DNA of 64,000 nt from Spizellomyces punctatus DAOM BR117 (taxonomy: Eukaryota): NCBI GenBank assembly GCA_000182565.2, contig KQ257468.1; one strand, given 5' to 3'. The position numbers and the translations under genes were made by a program. Below the pieces are notes generated by a model that searched no databases, had not been told where the DNA came from, and worked only from the letters and a program-made list of their open reading frames with translations. Positions 29,975 through 41,825 of the stretch are shown in pieces (within the stretch, counting starts at the first letter, position 1; each line of letters begins with the position of its first letter).

Positions 29975-30408
29975 AGTACTAGGTTGCTCGCTGTAATGAC
30001 CCGTACCCTAATTCAACACCCGTACTTTTGTGGGGTTGAATTTGGGGGTGTACCCAGCTTTTTCTTTCCCTTTGCGGATCCAACGATAAAAGCTCAGTAT
30101 TAAAAAACATGAAACGCTCACAATCATAAGACAACTAGATGCTATTCTGGGCAACACCTAATCCGCCCAGTGGTTCTCGGAACTGGCGTCACGCGCGACT
30201 AAGCATGTGGCAATGTGTCAACTTCTCCGCACGCAATGACCTTTCGGCCAGGTGGAAAGCGAAAAGAACAAAAAGGTTGGCAGAGCACCTACCTGCCTTT
30301 GGTTCCCTTACTTTCCACCTTGGCTGTTGGTCGCATCTATAGTACACCATGATAGGAGATCCGCAATATGCTTGGCCTTTGCCTTTGCCTGTTCATCATA
30401 ATAGGTTG

Positions 30409-31851
30409 ATGCAAGTCGAGGCAGCGACGAGTGTCGACGAGGTCGCCGTAAAAGTAACAGTAAGTTAGGCATGATATGTCCTACTGTGAACATGATCTAA
30501 CATGGGATATTTAAATGACTAGCTTAATGACATTCACCGCCGGTTTACTCTGGCTGAAGCGAATCATACTGAACTCTTGAAAACTGTCCGGTCTTTGTTC
30601 GGTTTGGCTAAAAGCGAAAGTTTGCACCTGTGGTGGGTCGATGAAGATGGTGACAACTGCTGCTTGGACCATGAAGCGGAGCTTATTGAAGCTGTGCGAT
30701 GGGCGCGAAATAACTGTAATGGGCTCCTAAAAGTCAGAGGTCGATTCGGAAGCGACAGTGGCCCACATGCATCCTTCAATCGGTCTGTCAAACCAGCTTT
30801 CAACGACTACTATGACACGTCTTCTTCTTCTGGAACCGATGAATACGAAAATGATTGCGGTTCCGCCATGTACGAGTCCGAATCTGAATACGATTCAGTA
30901 AATGCGTACCCGTACGTGCGAGCTGAGCATTTGGACGATGTGTACAATGATGCGTCCTCCGACACCGAGACCGAGGAGCCTTCTACACCCATCGGTGCGG
31001 TGGCCTACTATACGCCCATTGCCAGCCTTCCCGGTGTGCTCCTCCGAGAACTTGAAGACCGCGAAATGGAAGAAGGCCTTCTGGGCCGTCCGGACTTCAC
31101 CATCGCCACCAGCATTTTTGCAGATGACGCCCTTTCTTGGCACCAAACATCTTCTACGCAATATGAACCGGCTGACACCAAACAGATGGGAACTCAAATC
31201 GCCCCCAAAATGTCGGAACAATGCATTCAAACTGATCTGATCAGTTTCACTCAAACGGCACGTCCTTCAGTCACAACTCAATCCGTTCAAACTGTCATCA
31301 TAACCAAAACTGCATGCACGTCGACTCCAGCTCCTACATTTACGGCCTCAAGCACTCAATGTGATGCCGCCGAAACAACTACGACTATAGTCCAGCGTTC
31401 CCCAACAACTAGCGCCTCGTCAACTCAAACAACTCCAGAAACAAATGAATCATCTACCCGACCAGCCCCGAAATCAACATCCACATCCACTCAATCCAGC
31501 TCTACTGAAACAACAGATTCATACACTCAATACGACTCAACCTCGGTAGATGTGCGATCTGGGCCTGACGGTGACGAGAGTAGTCAACAAAAGCGCTTCA
31601 AAGCAGTTGGGTTCTCCCATGCGGTTAGCATCCCCATTGTTGAGGAGCATGAGGAGGGTGAGGTAGAGGATGAGACGGAGAGGCCGGGAAGTCCTTACCC
31701 CCATGAAGAATCCGATGAAGAGGGCGATGCGTTGTTGAACGACGAGAGAGATGGCGAGCCGGAGGCGGAGGAGGAAGAGGAGAGTGAGAGGGTCAAGGTT
31801 AATAATGCCATAGATGCCCTTCAAAGTCCCGGAGACTTTGTGCTTGTGTGA
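30409..31851 (+). CDS. PB1-domain protein with Thr-rich TQT-like repeats and C-terminal AIM/LIR-like motif
   Basis: Exon 1 MQVEAATSVDEVAVKVT, intron about 30460-30522, then LNDIHRRF...WWVDEDGDNCCLDHEAELIEAV (PB1 with Lys and OPCA). Acidic/Thr-rich disordered tail ends GDFVLV*. Confidence 0.75.
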
Positions 31852-32073
31852 TGACTTGGATAGATATTATGTAGATTGCGTCACTTTCGGTCTATGGGCC
31901 ACGTACATTTTGTATACAATAACTGTAAGCTTTATTCAATTGCAAAACTAGCTCACATTCCATATCATTCAATGCCTACTCTCTATTTCCCCCCATGAAT
32001 TCGAAAGATATCTACATCCACACCCATGTCTGACTATTATTACAGTGGCCCTCTACGGCAACTCAAATTTATT

Positions 32074-32981
32074 CTACTTTGCTTCCCCTTCATTCTCTGC
32101 TAGCTTGAAGATGGTCTCCTTCAAAAACTTACGTCCTGCCGCCACGGCGGCGTCGTCAATCCTCATCAAGGCTGGATCCTGGAGTGCCTGTTTGGCAAAT
32201 TCAGGTGAAGAAAGCTTTTCAGGGTTATTCACAGCCGGAAGGAGGTGATGGCCACCAATGTACCCCGTCAATGAGCATACGTAGATGCCACAGTCATATC
32301 CATTCGTTTGTTGGGGGGTATTCACGATTTCGAATCCTGGTGCTGAGATTTACCGTTATGAATGCTTTCTGAAATGGATTAGAGTCTGCTATAGTGGAAT
32401 TTCTTACCCGTCTGGCCCTCCTGCTTCAGTAAGGGTGTAATCCTTTCGGCAGTTTGCCGTGCGAACTCCACATTCGCTCCTTTCAGGCTATCAAAGTAGT
32501 AGAATGTGTTCCCTCCAGCGTGCCAGACAAGAAGACTCCTGTCAATTTCCATCAGTATTTCCCAGTATTCCGTCACTTGCTCAAGGGAATATTACCAATG
32601 GCTGCCTCCACCCTTGAGTCCTGATCCATCATTGATAGGCATCCACACAAAAGCGCGTTCGTTCAAGTTTGGAGGAAGTACGCCTTTCAAAGCGTCGACA
32701 GGCTCTACGAAACCCACCCCGCGGGTAGCGTTAGCAAACTTTCCCATGTCAAACATAATTGGCCACAATCTCCCACCTGCAGACTGAGAAACTAAAGCAA
32801 CCATTGTCGGGCGCATAAACAACACAGCGGGGTCATTCTTGAACAGCTCCCTTTCCATCCACTCATAGTGGAAGCTAATTATCGCGTCATTCAACCATTG
32901 CCCGTCATCCAAGAGCGCAACATCCTCAGGATACAGAATGATATCGTGCCATTCGAGGATGGGTTTACGCTCGGTAGTCAT
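32074..32981 (-). CDS. SENP8: NEDD8-specific Ulp1-family cysteine protease (SENP8/DEN1)
   Basis: WLNDAIISFHYE, PIND...GGSHWSLLV, YYFDS, PQQTNGYDCG catalytic residues. Confidence 0.88.
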
Positions 32982-33209
32982 CTTGCTTTTACGGTTTTTC
33001 AGTTTGGTACAGCTGGCCGTGCCCACCACAACTCCCGGCACGTGTCGAGGACGATCGCGTTGCTTACGTTCATCCTGCAGACTCATCTTACATTGGAAAT
33101 ACGTAATGGCAAAGCCCTCCTCGTTGATACGATATAAAGCTGCCAAAGTTAATTGTCAGATTGCAACACTATTCTTCCATTTACCAAAACTAATCAATTT
33201 TTGAACAAA

Positions 33210-34611
33210 ATGCCCGCTGCCGATTTTGCCAACAAACAGCCCTACGTCAGTTTGAGCAACGGACAGAAAATTCCTCAAATAGGACTAGGGTAGGTGGAAT
33301 TCCATGTGATAACGGGCAGTAATTGACGTCCGGTGAACTATATCCGAAACAAGAACTTGGAAGGCTGGTCCCAACGAAGTCGGCAACGCCGTAAAAGCTG
33401 CCATCGAAGCAGGATACCGCCATATTGATTGTGCTGCAGTTTACACAAATGAGCACGAAGTTGGGCAAGCTATCAAAGAGTGTATTGACCGCGGCATCGT
33501 CAAACGTGAAGAGTTGTTCATTGTGACAAAGTTGTGGAATACCTGCCATGCGAGGGATAAAGTGTTTGAAGCGTGCGACATAAGCTTGCAGGTCAATATC
33601 TCATTGTGTTTTCATCGGGCGCAGAGATTGACACTGCCTTCCAGCAACTTGGCCTTGATTATCTGGACATGTATTTGATGCACTATCCTGTTCCGATGGC
33701 TTATACTGGGTGTGATGCGATTTCCAAAGTCATGCATGACTGTCTCCTTATACCAACTGACTGAGTATTCTGAAGGCCCACCAAACCTGATCTGAAAGAA
33801 TGGATCCCTTGGGACGACCAAAAGCAACTTGTCAAGCTCGAAAAGTCACCTTTACATGAGACATGGGCTGCAATGGAGGTACCGTTCTCATTCTCATCCC
33901 CACTGCAAGCTCGTCACTCTCTAGTGATGCGGGTTCGGCATGTGTCAGGAACTAGTTCATAAAGGCAAAACCAAAGCGATCGGCATTTCAAACTTTACGA
34001 TACCAGTCCTCATTGATCTGTGGACTTACGCCAAGATTTTACCGGCGACCAATCAGGTACTGAACTACCATCACTCAGGTTGCTTACAGGGCCGAATCTC
34101 ACAGTTGCTGCTGGCATAGGTGGAATGTCATCCATATTTCCAGGCAAGTATTCAGAACAATGCTGCAGTACATCATGATTAACATTTTCTTTGGACGGCC
34201 AGCGTCGTGAACTGAGGGAGCTTTGTAAAAAGTTTGGCATTCCTGTCACTGCTTATTCTCCGCTGGGCAGTGGCAAGCAAGGGCCTTTACAGGACCCAAC
34301 GGTAAGACTCACGTGCAAACCTTACGATGAACATTTGTCCATTCTGTTGAGTTACCGTTACAACGCAGATCAAAGCCATCGCCACCAAATATAAAAAGAC
34401 GCCAGCCCAAGTTCTCCTTCGGTGGAACATTCAACACGGCAACATTGTTATCCCAAAATCCTCCAAAGAGGAGCGTGTCAAGGAGAACATGAACATTCTT
34501 GACTTTGGTCTCTCACCTGAAGACATGCAAAAGATTGACGGATTGGATCGAGGCTTTATGACTTGTGATACGAGGGAGTACTGGCGTGGATTTGCTTTTT
34601 TCGCCGTGTAA
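33210..34611 (+). CDS. Aldo/keto reductase
   Basis: [71 protein letters not shown]...EN. Confidence 0.95.
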
Positions 34612-35007
34612 GAGTAAGACTTGGATTGGATCATACTAGTTGTACTAGTTGTATAGTGTCGCGGCTGCTCCTGCTGGCTGCTGTGCATCGCACGCCAAGT
34701 GGAAAAAATATCAAACGCATCTGCGCTTTTGAAACCGTCCCGGCGATCTATCACGACGCCATAGCAGCAAGTTTTTTGTGCTGTTGCTCGTGCAAAATGA
34801 ACGTGTGCCAACAAAGTGTCCTTCACACTCCCCTCGTCTTTGGAAATTGGTCGCAACTCTAATAATGTACCAAATAGGGTAAATGACATGTAACCAAATA
34901 TGGCATAATTGTAGTGAGCTCATTTGTGTGCTCTTTTTGCTCTGTCCCTTTTTTCAAACCGCTGGCGGGGAGTCTTCCGGTTTGTCCATTGTTTTTCTTG
35001 CTTCCTA

Positions 35008-35033
35008 CGTCGTCGTCGTCGTCGTCGTCGTCG
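35008..35033. repeat. (CGT)n trinucleotide microsatellite
   Basis: About 8-9 perfect CGT units directly visible. Confidence 0.9.
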
Positions 35034-35142
35034 CTGTCACTGATAGATTTGGTAGATATTGTGTCGGTGCCGGTTTCACCCTCGCGCACCGTCACACATC
35101 GGATTGATCACTCAGGATATCAAGCGGAAAATTTGGAATAAG

Positions 35143-36876
35143 ATGATAGGATCTGTTCCTGAACGATGGGATACCGATGCCAAGCGGTGCGAGTCCCCAG
35201 CTCCCTCCATGTCCACTGGTCGCGTATCGTCCGAACCCGATCCGATAATGCGAACAGGAGTTTTGACTATCATACGGCGGGCCACGTTTGGAACATCCTC
35301 GCAGCTTCGACGACGAACCATTCTCTGTGCTCCAAAGCTGACAGATGACTTGCATCCAATATTGCAAGAAATCTTCCCAGATACGACACCTGCCTCGAGT
35401 CGGGCCCTTAAACCACTTCCGCATGTGACGATGGCTTTGGGACGTATCACGCAGGCTGCCATTAAGGGTACCCCCTTGTTGATATTCCTTCCTGAAGAAA
35501 CCATGGTTGATGGGGATCTGGAAACAAAACCTGTATATGTAGAACTGTCTTCCGTGGTCACTTTGCGGGACGAAGTGGACATGAATGAAACTTGCACCTT
35601 TGGGCTGGAATTGAAAAACACTGCCACAGGGGGTTGGGCTGGTAAAAATATGCGGATTCGAGCAGGCTTTTCTCTTGAATATTTGGGATGGATGGCTGTC
35701 TTAAGGGAAGCCATGAATATTGGAGCCACACCTACGCTGGCGTATGGTAGTAAGACGGCCCAGGTAATACCAATCAAGATGCAACGGGAGCAAATACGCG
35801 GACGGTCGATGGTGAGACATTCGGAAATGGACCTAAGAGGTTGTTATGGAAATATGGATGAGCAGCAACGCATCTCCAGATCCTTGGAAAGGGGCCGGAC
35901 GAGATCGGCGCAGAATCTAGGCGCGCGGATGACAGATCTACGCCTACGTCAAGAGCAGACGATTGCATCAGCTGGGAACCAAGTTCACATACCCCACGGT
36001 AATGAGCAACCGTCAAGTCCGCCGTTGGCCCCCGTTCCCAGGCGAGGTCGTCGCCAGGGTGACAATAGACCCCCACCTGCCATGTCAAACAGAGGTTTAT
36101 GTTTACCTGCCCTCCGTCGAGTGTCGTGGCATGGAGACTTGGAAGAGGGCTCCATGTCTGATCTTGTAAAAGACTGGGGTATGTCGATGTTGGTGCGGGA
36201 ACCTGAGGCTGAAGTCTCTTGCACTGTACCGATTATAGAGAGCGAATCATATGGCCCAGAGCCATCCGCACCAGTACCTTCTGTCAAGGATCATGTGCAG
36301 GAGGGAACTAAAAGCGACAATAGCTTCGTAGATAATAAGGACCGCCCAATCTCCACAGATTCTGGTATTGGCTCTTCTGTATCTGGATCACCGTCATCAA
36401 GGGGATCAATGATACGAGACAGACCTCAATCTCTGGAGTCCCATCGACCCCATCTTGACGAGACCTCTGTACCGAAAATCAACAGGTCTACTGCAATGGA
36501 ACACAAACCGTCTCTCCCGCGTATGCGTAGTTCAGAGGAGCACACGTCTGCAACTCGCTCATCTCATCCTCCGGTCCGAGTCAACCCACCCCCTTCCAAA
36601 CGCCGCCCTAATGCGTCTCTCAATGAATTTTCCCCACGTTTGCCACCGACCCTCCCGGCCTCACGTCACAGCGCTTCCGCAGCGACTCGTCCAACTAGTC
36701 AGGCACGTTACAGCCCAGTGACCCTCCGTGGCTCACCTCCGGGCCCACCCACGTCGATAAATCCCGTCCCAATCATATCGCTGGCCGATTCCCGGGGACC
36801 CCGCATATGGTCTGTCAAAAGGAACAAATGGGTCGCGCTGCATGAAAGGGTGCCTGTGAATAGAATAGATGATTGA
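35143..36876 (+). CDS. Hypothetical protein with probable PH-like domain and Ser/Pro/Arg-rich tail (intronless)
   Basis: Long ORF; RTGVLTI...VELSSVVTL...TFGLEL...MRIRA..SLEYLGWMAVLREAM matches the PH strand/helix pattern. Start codon uncertain. Confidence 0.6.
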   Translation: MIGSVPERWDTDAKRCESPAPSMSTGRVSSEPDPIMRTGVLTIIRRATFGTSSQLRRRTILCAPKLTDDLHPILQEIFPDTTPASSRALKPLPHVTMALGRITQAAIKGTPLLIFLPEETMVDGDLETKPVYVELSSVVTLRDEVDMNETCTFGLELKNTATGGWAGKNMRIRAGFSLEYLGWMAVLREAMNIGATPTLAYGSKTAQVIPIKMQREQIRGRSMVRHSEMDLRGCYGNMDEQQRISRSLERGRTRSAQNLGARMTDLRLRQEQTIASAGNQVHIPHGNEQPSSPPLAPVPRRGRRQGDNRPPPAMSNRGLCLPALRRVSWHGDLEEGSMSDLVKDWGMSMLVREPEAEVSCTVPIIESESYGPEPSAPVPSVKDHVQEGTKSDNSFVDNKDRPISTDSGIGSSVSGSPSSRGSMIRDRPQSLESHRPHLDETSVPKINRSTAMEHKPSLPRMRSSEEHTSATRSSHPPVRVNPPPSKRRPNASLNEFSPRLPPTLPASRHSASAATRPTSQARYSPVTLRGSPPGPPTSINPVPIISLADSRGPRIWSVKRNKWVALHERVPVNRIDD

Positions 36877-37750
36877 TGGAATCTACAGTAGAATTGTCAA
36901 CGATGTGCTTTGTACCATTTTTTTTTCTGTTCCGTAAGAAGTCAATATTGTAGTTGTATACACCTTTCCAGACCTTTACCGAAGAAGAATACATTTGTTT
37001 GTGTTAGAAGTGTCAGAAAAGACAGGCCAGACCGTGACATCTAGGAGCGCACCTGCAACCTGCATGGTTGTAGAGGAGGAGGAGAGATAAAGATTATAAA
37101 CTCAGAAACAAGCCGGAGGATGACCTAGAAAGAGGAAAGGCTTGAGCTTGAACCTTGGAAGCTGTGCGATCCAACAGCAAGGCAACATTTTGATTCATGG
37201 TACCATGAATCGGTGACACGAAACCTGGCGATGACAGAGAAGGCGCAACCAGGTCTTGCTTCCAGGCCCTTTTGAAAAGATGTAAGCGTAAACATAAACG
37301 AAGATATCGCGAGGAATGGAGGTTTGATAGACTTTATCTCAATAAACACAATTTCTGACTTTAACATGCACCATGTTCAAGAGCGCTGAGTTAAGTATAT
37401 CATATATTTGTGGGCCTAGTTGCCTATAATATGGTATGATTTTAGAATAACTCTGCGCCCACACGCGCTATGTCCCCCACACAAACAACGGGTATCGGAG
37501 GATTATGTAAGCTTCCCCGACCAGGCGGGCCTAATATGTATTCGGTCGTTCATGACGTCTATTCTGTTTTTATTTCTGGGTAGGTATTCGAAGGTATGTA
37601 GCCCTGCACGGGCTTAGATTAAATATGTTTAAGATTTTGCACACTGAGTTGTTGGTGTCAGGGCAAGTTGCCTACCGTGTCCGTTTTACTGACACCAAGT
37701 TGAATGTTTCACCCGATTTCCAATTCCTGTATTAACTTTAGACGAGCAAC

Positions 37751-38912
37751 ATGCACACCATAACGTCCCCAGCAACGTCGAGCGCAACACTAACGATGAT
37801 TGCTATTGACGACATTGAAGAGCCCACTGCCCCCAAACCAGTTTATCACCCACCAAATTTGGATAGACCATTACCACCTCTTCCGCCTCCTGATGTTCCG
37901 CCGCCACCATATGAACCGTCTGGACCTCCTCCTGTGTATGGAGACGTGCACAAGAGACGGGATCGTGTGTGGGGTGGGGCCGTGGTTGGATTTGATCTGG
38001 TGAGATTTGCATCTTTAAGGCGCAACATATTAAAGTGTGATGGCTGAACTGGATTGGTGATCAGATCTCCTCGTTCGTACTCCTCTTCCTAACACTTGCT
38101 CAATTGACAACGTCTCCGATATCCCTGTCGACTGCCGGGGTGATCTTACCTTTTGTCTATGTTGGAGTCGCTGTTTACGGCCGGATAGCATTTTCCAAGG
38201 TATTAGTCAAACAGTTCGTCCTACCGGTACAAAGCACTAAACAGTCAGGAACAACAGATTCGCTGTCCCGCTATGATCCTCTACACTCTTCTCTACACAC
38301 TCCGCATCATAGCCGATATCGCTGGGATAACCCTCTTCATTTCCCACCAAACAACTTCTCAAGGAGGTCAACAAGGTGACGGCGCCAAGAGGAGTGGCTA
38401 TTCTCCATGGATCGTTGAGGCGGGACGTATACCTGTTGTTGGATTGCGGGTAGCGCAGTATGAAGAGGCAGGGTGGTGTACAGGTTGTGCTTGGAGAGGA
38501 GGTGTCTGGGGTGGTGTGGTAAGTCACTTTCTGTTTTTGTTTGTTTCTTCAACACCATCTAATGTATTTCGAGTAGTTGATGATACATATTGCATTGGGA
38601 GCTCTCCTGATGATTCACTCACACGCCCTTTGTCGGTCGTCTGAAGAGCAGCCGTCTGTGGTGAATCAGGAGCCTCCATTGAGGGCGCCTATATCGACAC
38701 AGCAGCAGATGATACATTTTGACAACAACATTTTTAGACCTCGGCCTTTAGTTCCTGGGGGTGGTAGAACGGTTCAGGAAAGAGTGCAAGCGGCGGAAGA
38801 TGACGATGACCTCCGGCCTTTGGCGGAGATTTTGGCAGAATTGGAGGAAGGGCGTCGGATGGCTGGGGTTACGGTGCGTTCTGGTGACCGTGGTGCCAAT
38901 TCTAATGCATAG
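37751..38912 (+). CDS. Putative four-TM membrane protein with N-terminal PPxY motifs
   Basis: Four exons (introns about 38000-38064, 38200-38258, 38519-38576) join in frame. PPPPY and PPVY motifs precede four hydrophobic segments. Confidence 0.6.
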
Positions 38913-39049
38913 TCTTGATTGTAATGTTGTGTGTACCATATTATGGCATAAGGTGGGAGTATGGATGATGAAAAGTTAGTTTGTAAATGTGTATGATTGT
39001 CTATGTCATTAAATGTTTCAGGTATAAACGTTTGACTCTCTATTCACAA

Positions 39050-41569
39050 TCAACCTCGAGCTTTCTTCCTCTTCGTTCCTCCACTTAATGCACTCGCCCC
39101 ACCGTCTCCAAACTCGCTTACACTAGATACAATAGCGGCACTCCCTCTCTTGTACATACTAGACCCGGGTTTGTTCTTCCTCTTCTCTTCTTCTCTGCGC
39201 TCCTTCTCCATCTTGTCTTTTCGCTCTTTTTCGACGATCAGTCCTCCAGGGGCCTCACGCAAAGCAAAACTCTTTGCAACATGCCCCAAGTGCAATTTTT
39301 TGACGTGGAAGATGTGTCGCTCCGAGGCGACGTGGGTTGCATATGCTCTAACGTGGGAGGTGTAGGCTTGTTGTGCTAACGATAACGTAGGATTGTTGGA
39401 GATCACGAAACGTTCCAAAGTCATGTGGATGTTACTGGCCGGTTGTTCATAAGCTTTTCGCGATTTTTGGGGCTTTTTGTGAGGATCAGTAATGAGATTG
39501 TTGAGGTACGTATCTATACCAACTTCTTCAACTCGAAAGCCTTGCCCACGTAGTAGGGACACATATTCGACTTCACTCGGTAGCAGAAAGACAAGAGCTT
39601 CACCGTCTCTTCCCAAACGAGCCGTTCGACCAATTCGATGCACATAGTCTTTGACATCGGCTGGAGGATCATATTGGATAATTGCGGTCACATCCGGCAT
39701 ATCCAATCCACGAGCCGCTACATCGGTACATAGCAGAATGGCGGGCTTCTGTGTACGGACAAAGGCATTGTAGGCGGCTGTACGTGCGGATTGAGGGAGG
39801 CTTCCGTGGAGTTTGAAGAGTAGGGAAGATGGCAGAAGGGGGGTTTCCGTACCAGATTGGAGTAGAGAATTGTCCGGAGGAAGGAGAGCTGGGTCTTCTT
39901 TACGTTGCTTTCCTGTGGATTTCCCTCGCTGTCCATCCTCATCGTGTTCGTCTACACCATTTTGCGTTTCTTCCTCCTCTTCGTCATCTTCCTCCGGCTC
40001 ATCCTTCGCGGGCGCCTTGTGTCCATTCGCAAACAGATGATAGTGAAAATCAACTGAATCCGTACAGGAAAGAAACACCATGATTTTGCACGGTTTGGCG
40101 GACTTGATCAGGTGTTTTAATGCGCCCAGCAGTGCTACCAGACGAAGCTTGGCCGGTACAAGAACGTACTTTTGCTTGAGCTGCGTCGGGACAATGACTT
40201 TGTCATCTTTATTTCTTGACGCGCTCTGATCGGTCTGTTGAGAAGCCGTACCAGACTCCTCTCGGTTTTGTTTGCTTTTCCTGTCTTTGCTCTCCGCCTT
40301 TATGAATTCGGGGTCGTTCAATGTTTCCTCCGCCAACTTCTGGACACCACCTTCAATGGTCGCGGAACACAAAATTGTCTGCCGAGTACGAGGCCATGCC
40401 TTTACAAGTAACCTGGATCGACTCTTGTGAGCCGCCTCTCGCCGTTCATTCAACAATTTCAAAATATCCTTCAGAGTTTCTTCGAAACCAAGCTCTAGCA
40501 GGCGATCGGCCTCATCCAAAACCAGCCACCGCAAGTTGCCTGTCTCAAAAGATTTGGTGGTTTTCAGGTGATCCAAGAGACGACCAGGCGTTGAGACGAG
40601 GATGGTAATGCCTTTCCGTAACCGAGCCTTCTCCGATTTCTTCTTTTCGCCTCCCATGGTGTGTCCAGCGACAACCCAGTGACGATGATGAGAATCCGAA
40701 GAGTTTGTATCTTGTTCCGATTTATGGTTCATGTTCTCTTCGCCATCGGCGGAGGGGTTCGCAGCATGGCCAGAATACCGCAATAGACTCTCCAAAACAC
40801 TTTCAATCTGTTTCGCTAACTCGCGGGTGGGAGCCAGTACAATGGCCAGGGTTCCCACACTTCTTTCCAGCGCTGCGCTTCGGCCGTGAGCCTTGTACTC
40901 CTCCTCCGCAGCCAATAATCGGTGCAATATGGGTAGACAAAAAGCCAGCGTTTTACCGGACCCTGTTTGGGCCTGTAAGACGTGATCCCGCTCTGCATGA
41001 TGAAGGAGAGAGGGTAATGCTGCCCGTTGAATGGCTGTTGGCGCTTTGAAAACGAGTTTCGTGGTGATGTGTGTACACAAGAGGGGGTTAAGGCCTAGAC
41101 CCGCGAATGTCGTTGCATCAAAGATCTGCTCATTGGCGGGCTCCGGAGGGGTTGGCAAGGTGGTTGAGGGTTGCGGTGTGGGAATGGAGGGATTAGAGGT
41201 GAAAATCGATGATACGATTTGTTTTCCGGGTGTGGAGGAGGGTCTAGGTTTTCCGTTGGGAGGGGAGGGGTCTGTGTCAGCTTTTTGTATTTTGGCCGGC
41301 CTGTCCGAGCCCCGCGTGGGCGCAGCCTTCCGCTTTGCACCTATCCCGTCCCGGGAAGTCGATTCAGCTTCTCTTGCCGTCTTGTTGACCGGTTCCTTCG
41401 GTCCGTCCAATGTTCGCCGGGCTTTATGGACCAGCTTTTTCGCCACAGCGCGCTTCTTTTTCCAACCTCCTTTGATATTAGCAGCCACATCTCTAACCTT
41501 GAGGTGAGCAGATGAAGGAGTCAAACTGTCTGTAGAAAAGTTGAGCAAAAGCCCGTCGTCGTCTGCCAT
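39050..41569 (-). CDS. DBP7: ATP-dependent DEAD-box RNA helicase DBP7/DDX31 (intronless)
   Basis: MADDDGLLLNF N-terminus, AQTGSGKT, PTRELA, GGEKKKSEKARLRKG, DEAD, SAT, ARGLD, HRIGRTAR, LHLGHVAKSFALRE. Confidence 0.96.
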   Translation of the reverse strand: MADDDGLLLNFSTDSLTPSSAHLKVRDVAANIKGGWKKKRAVAKKLVHKARRTLDGPKEPVNKTAREAESTSRDGIGAKRKAAPTRGSDRPAKIQKADTDPSPPNGKPRPSSTPGKQIVSSIFTSNPSIPTPQPSTTLPTPPEPANEQIFDATTFAGLGLNPLLCTHITTKLVFKAPTAIQRAALPSLLHHAERDHVLQAQTGSGKTLAFCLPILHRLLAAEEEYKAHGRSAALERSVGTLAIVLAPTRELAKQIESVLESLLRYSGHAANPSADGEENMNHKSEQDTNSSDSHHRHWVVAGHTMGGEKKKSEKARLRKGITILVSTPGRLLDHLKTTKSFETGNLRWLVLDEADRLLELGFEETLKDILKLLNERREAAHKSRSRLLVKAWPRTRQTILCSATIEGGVQKLAEETLNDPEFIKAESKDRKSKQNREESGTASQQTDQSASRNKDDKVIVPTQLKQKYVLVPAKLRLVALLGALKHLIKSAKPCKIMVFLSCTDSVDFHYHLFANGHKAPAKDEPEEDDEEEEETQNGVDEHDEDGQRGKSTGKQRKEDPALLPPDNSLLQSGTETPLLPSSLLFKLHGSLPQSARTAAYNAFVRTQKPAILLCTDVAARGLDMPDVTAIIQYDPPADVKDYVHRIGRTARLGRDGEALVFLLPSEVEYVSLLRGQGFRVEEVGIDTYLNNLITDPHKKPQKSRKAYEQPASNIHMTLERFVISNNPTLSLAQQAYTSHVRAYATHVASERHIFHVKKLHLGHVAKSFALREAPGGLIVEKERKDKMEKERREEEKRKNKPGSSMYKRGSAAIVSSVSEFGDGGASALSGGTKRKKARG

Positions 41570-41825
41570 TTCGTACAGTTCGTGGTATCTGCAATGTTCA
41601 TCCAGCTCTCCAAAAACAATTCAAAGCTTACGCATTTCATATCGTGACGTAGGTGTGATTCCGCCAATCAGGTGCCTCCATCCAGCCACATAAGCTATCA
41701 CGTGAGAGCGTGAGTCAGCATTCGAGCTTGCCGCCTAGCTTACTATTCCAGCTTTTGGGCATCTGCACTGGAAAGTAACCACTTGTTTAGACGGGAAGCC
41801 AGTCCGTCTCGTACGGCTCCCGAGT

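Noticed and set aside
34859-35095. 78-aa poly-Asp ORF
   Set aside because: The acidic run is simply the (CGT)n microsatellite; no other coding evidence.
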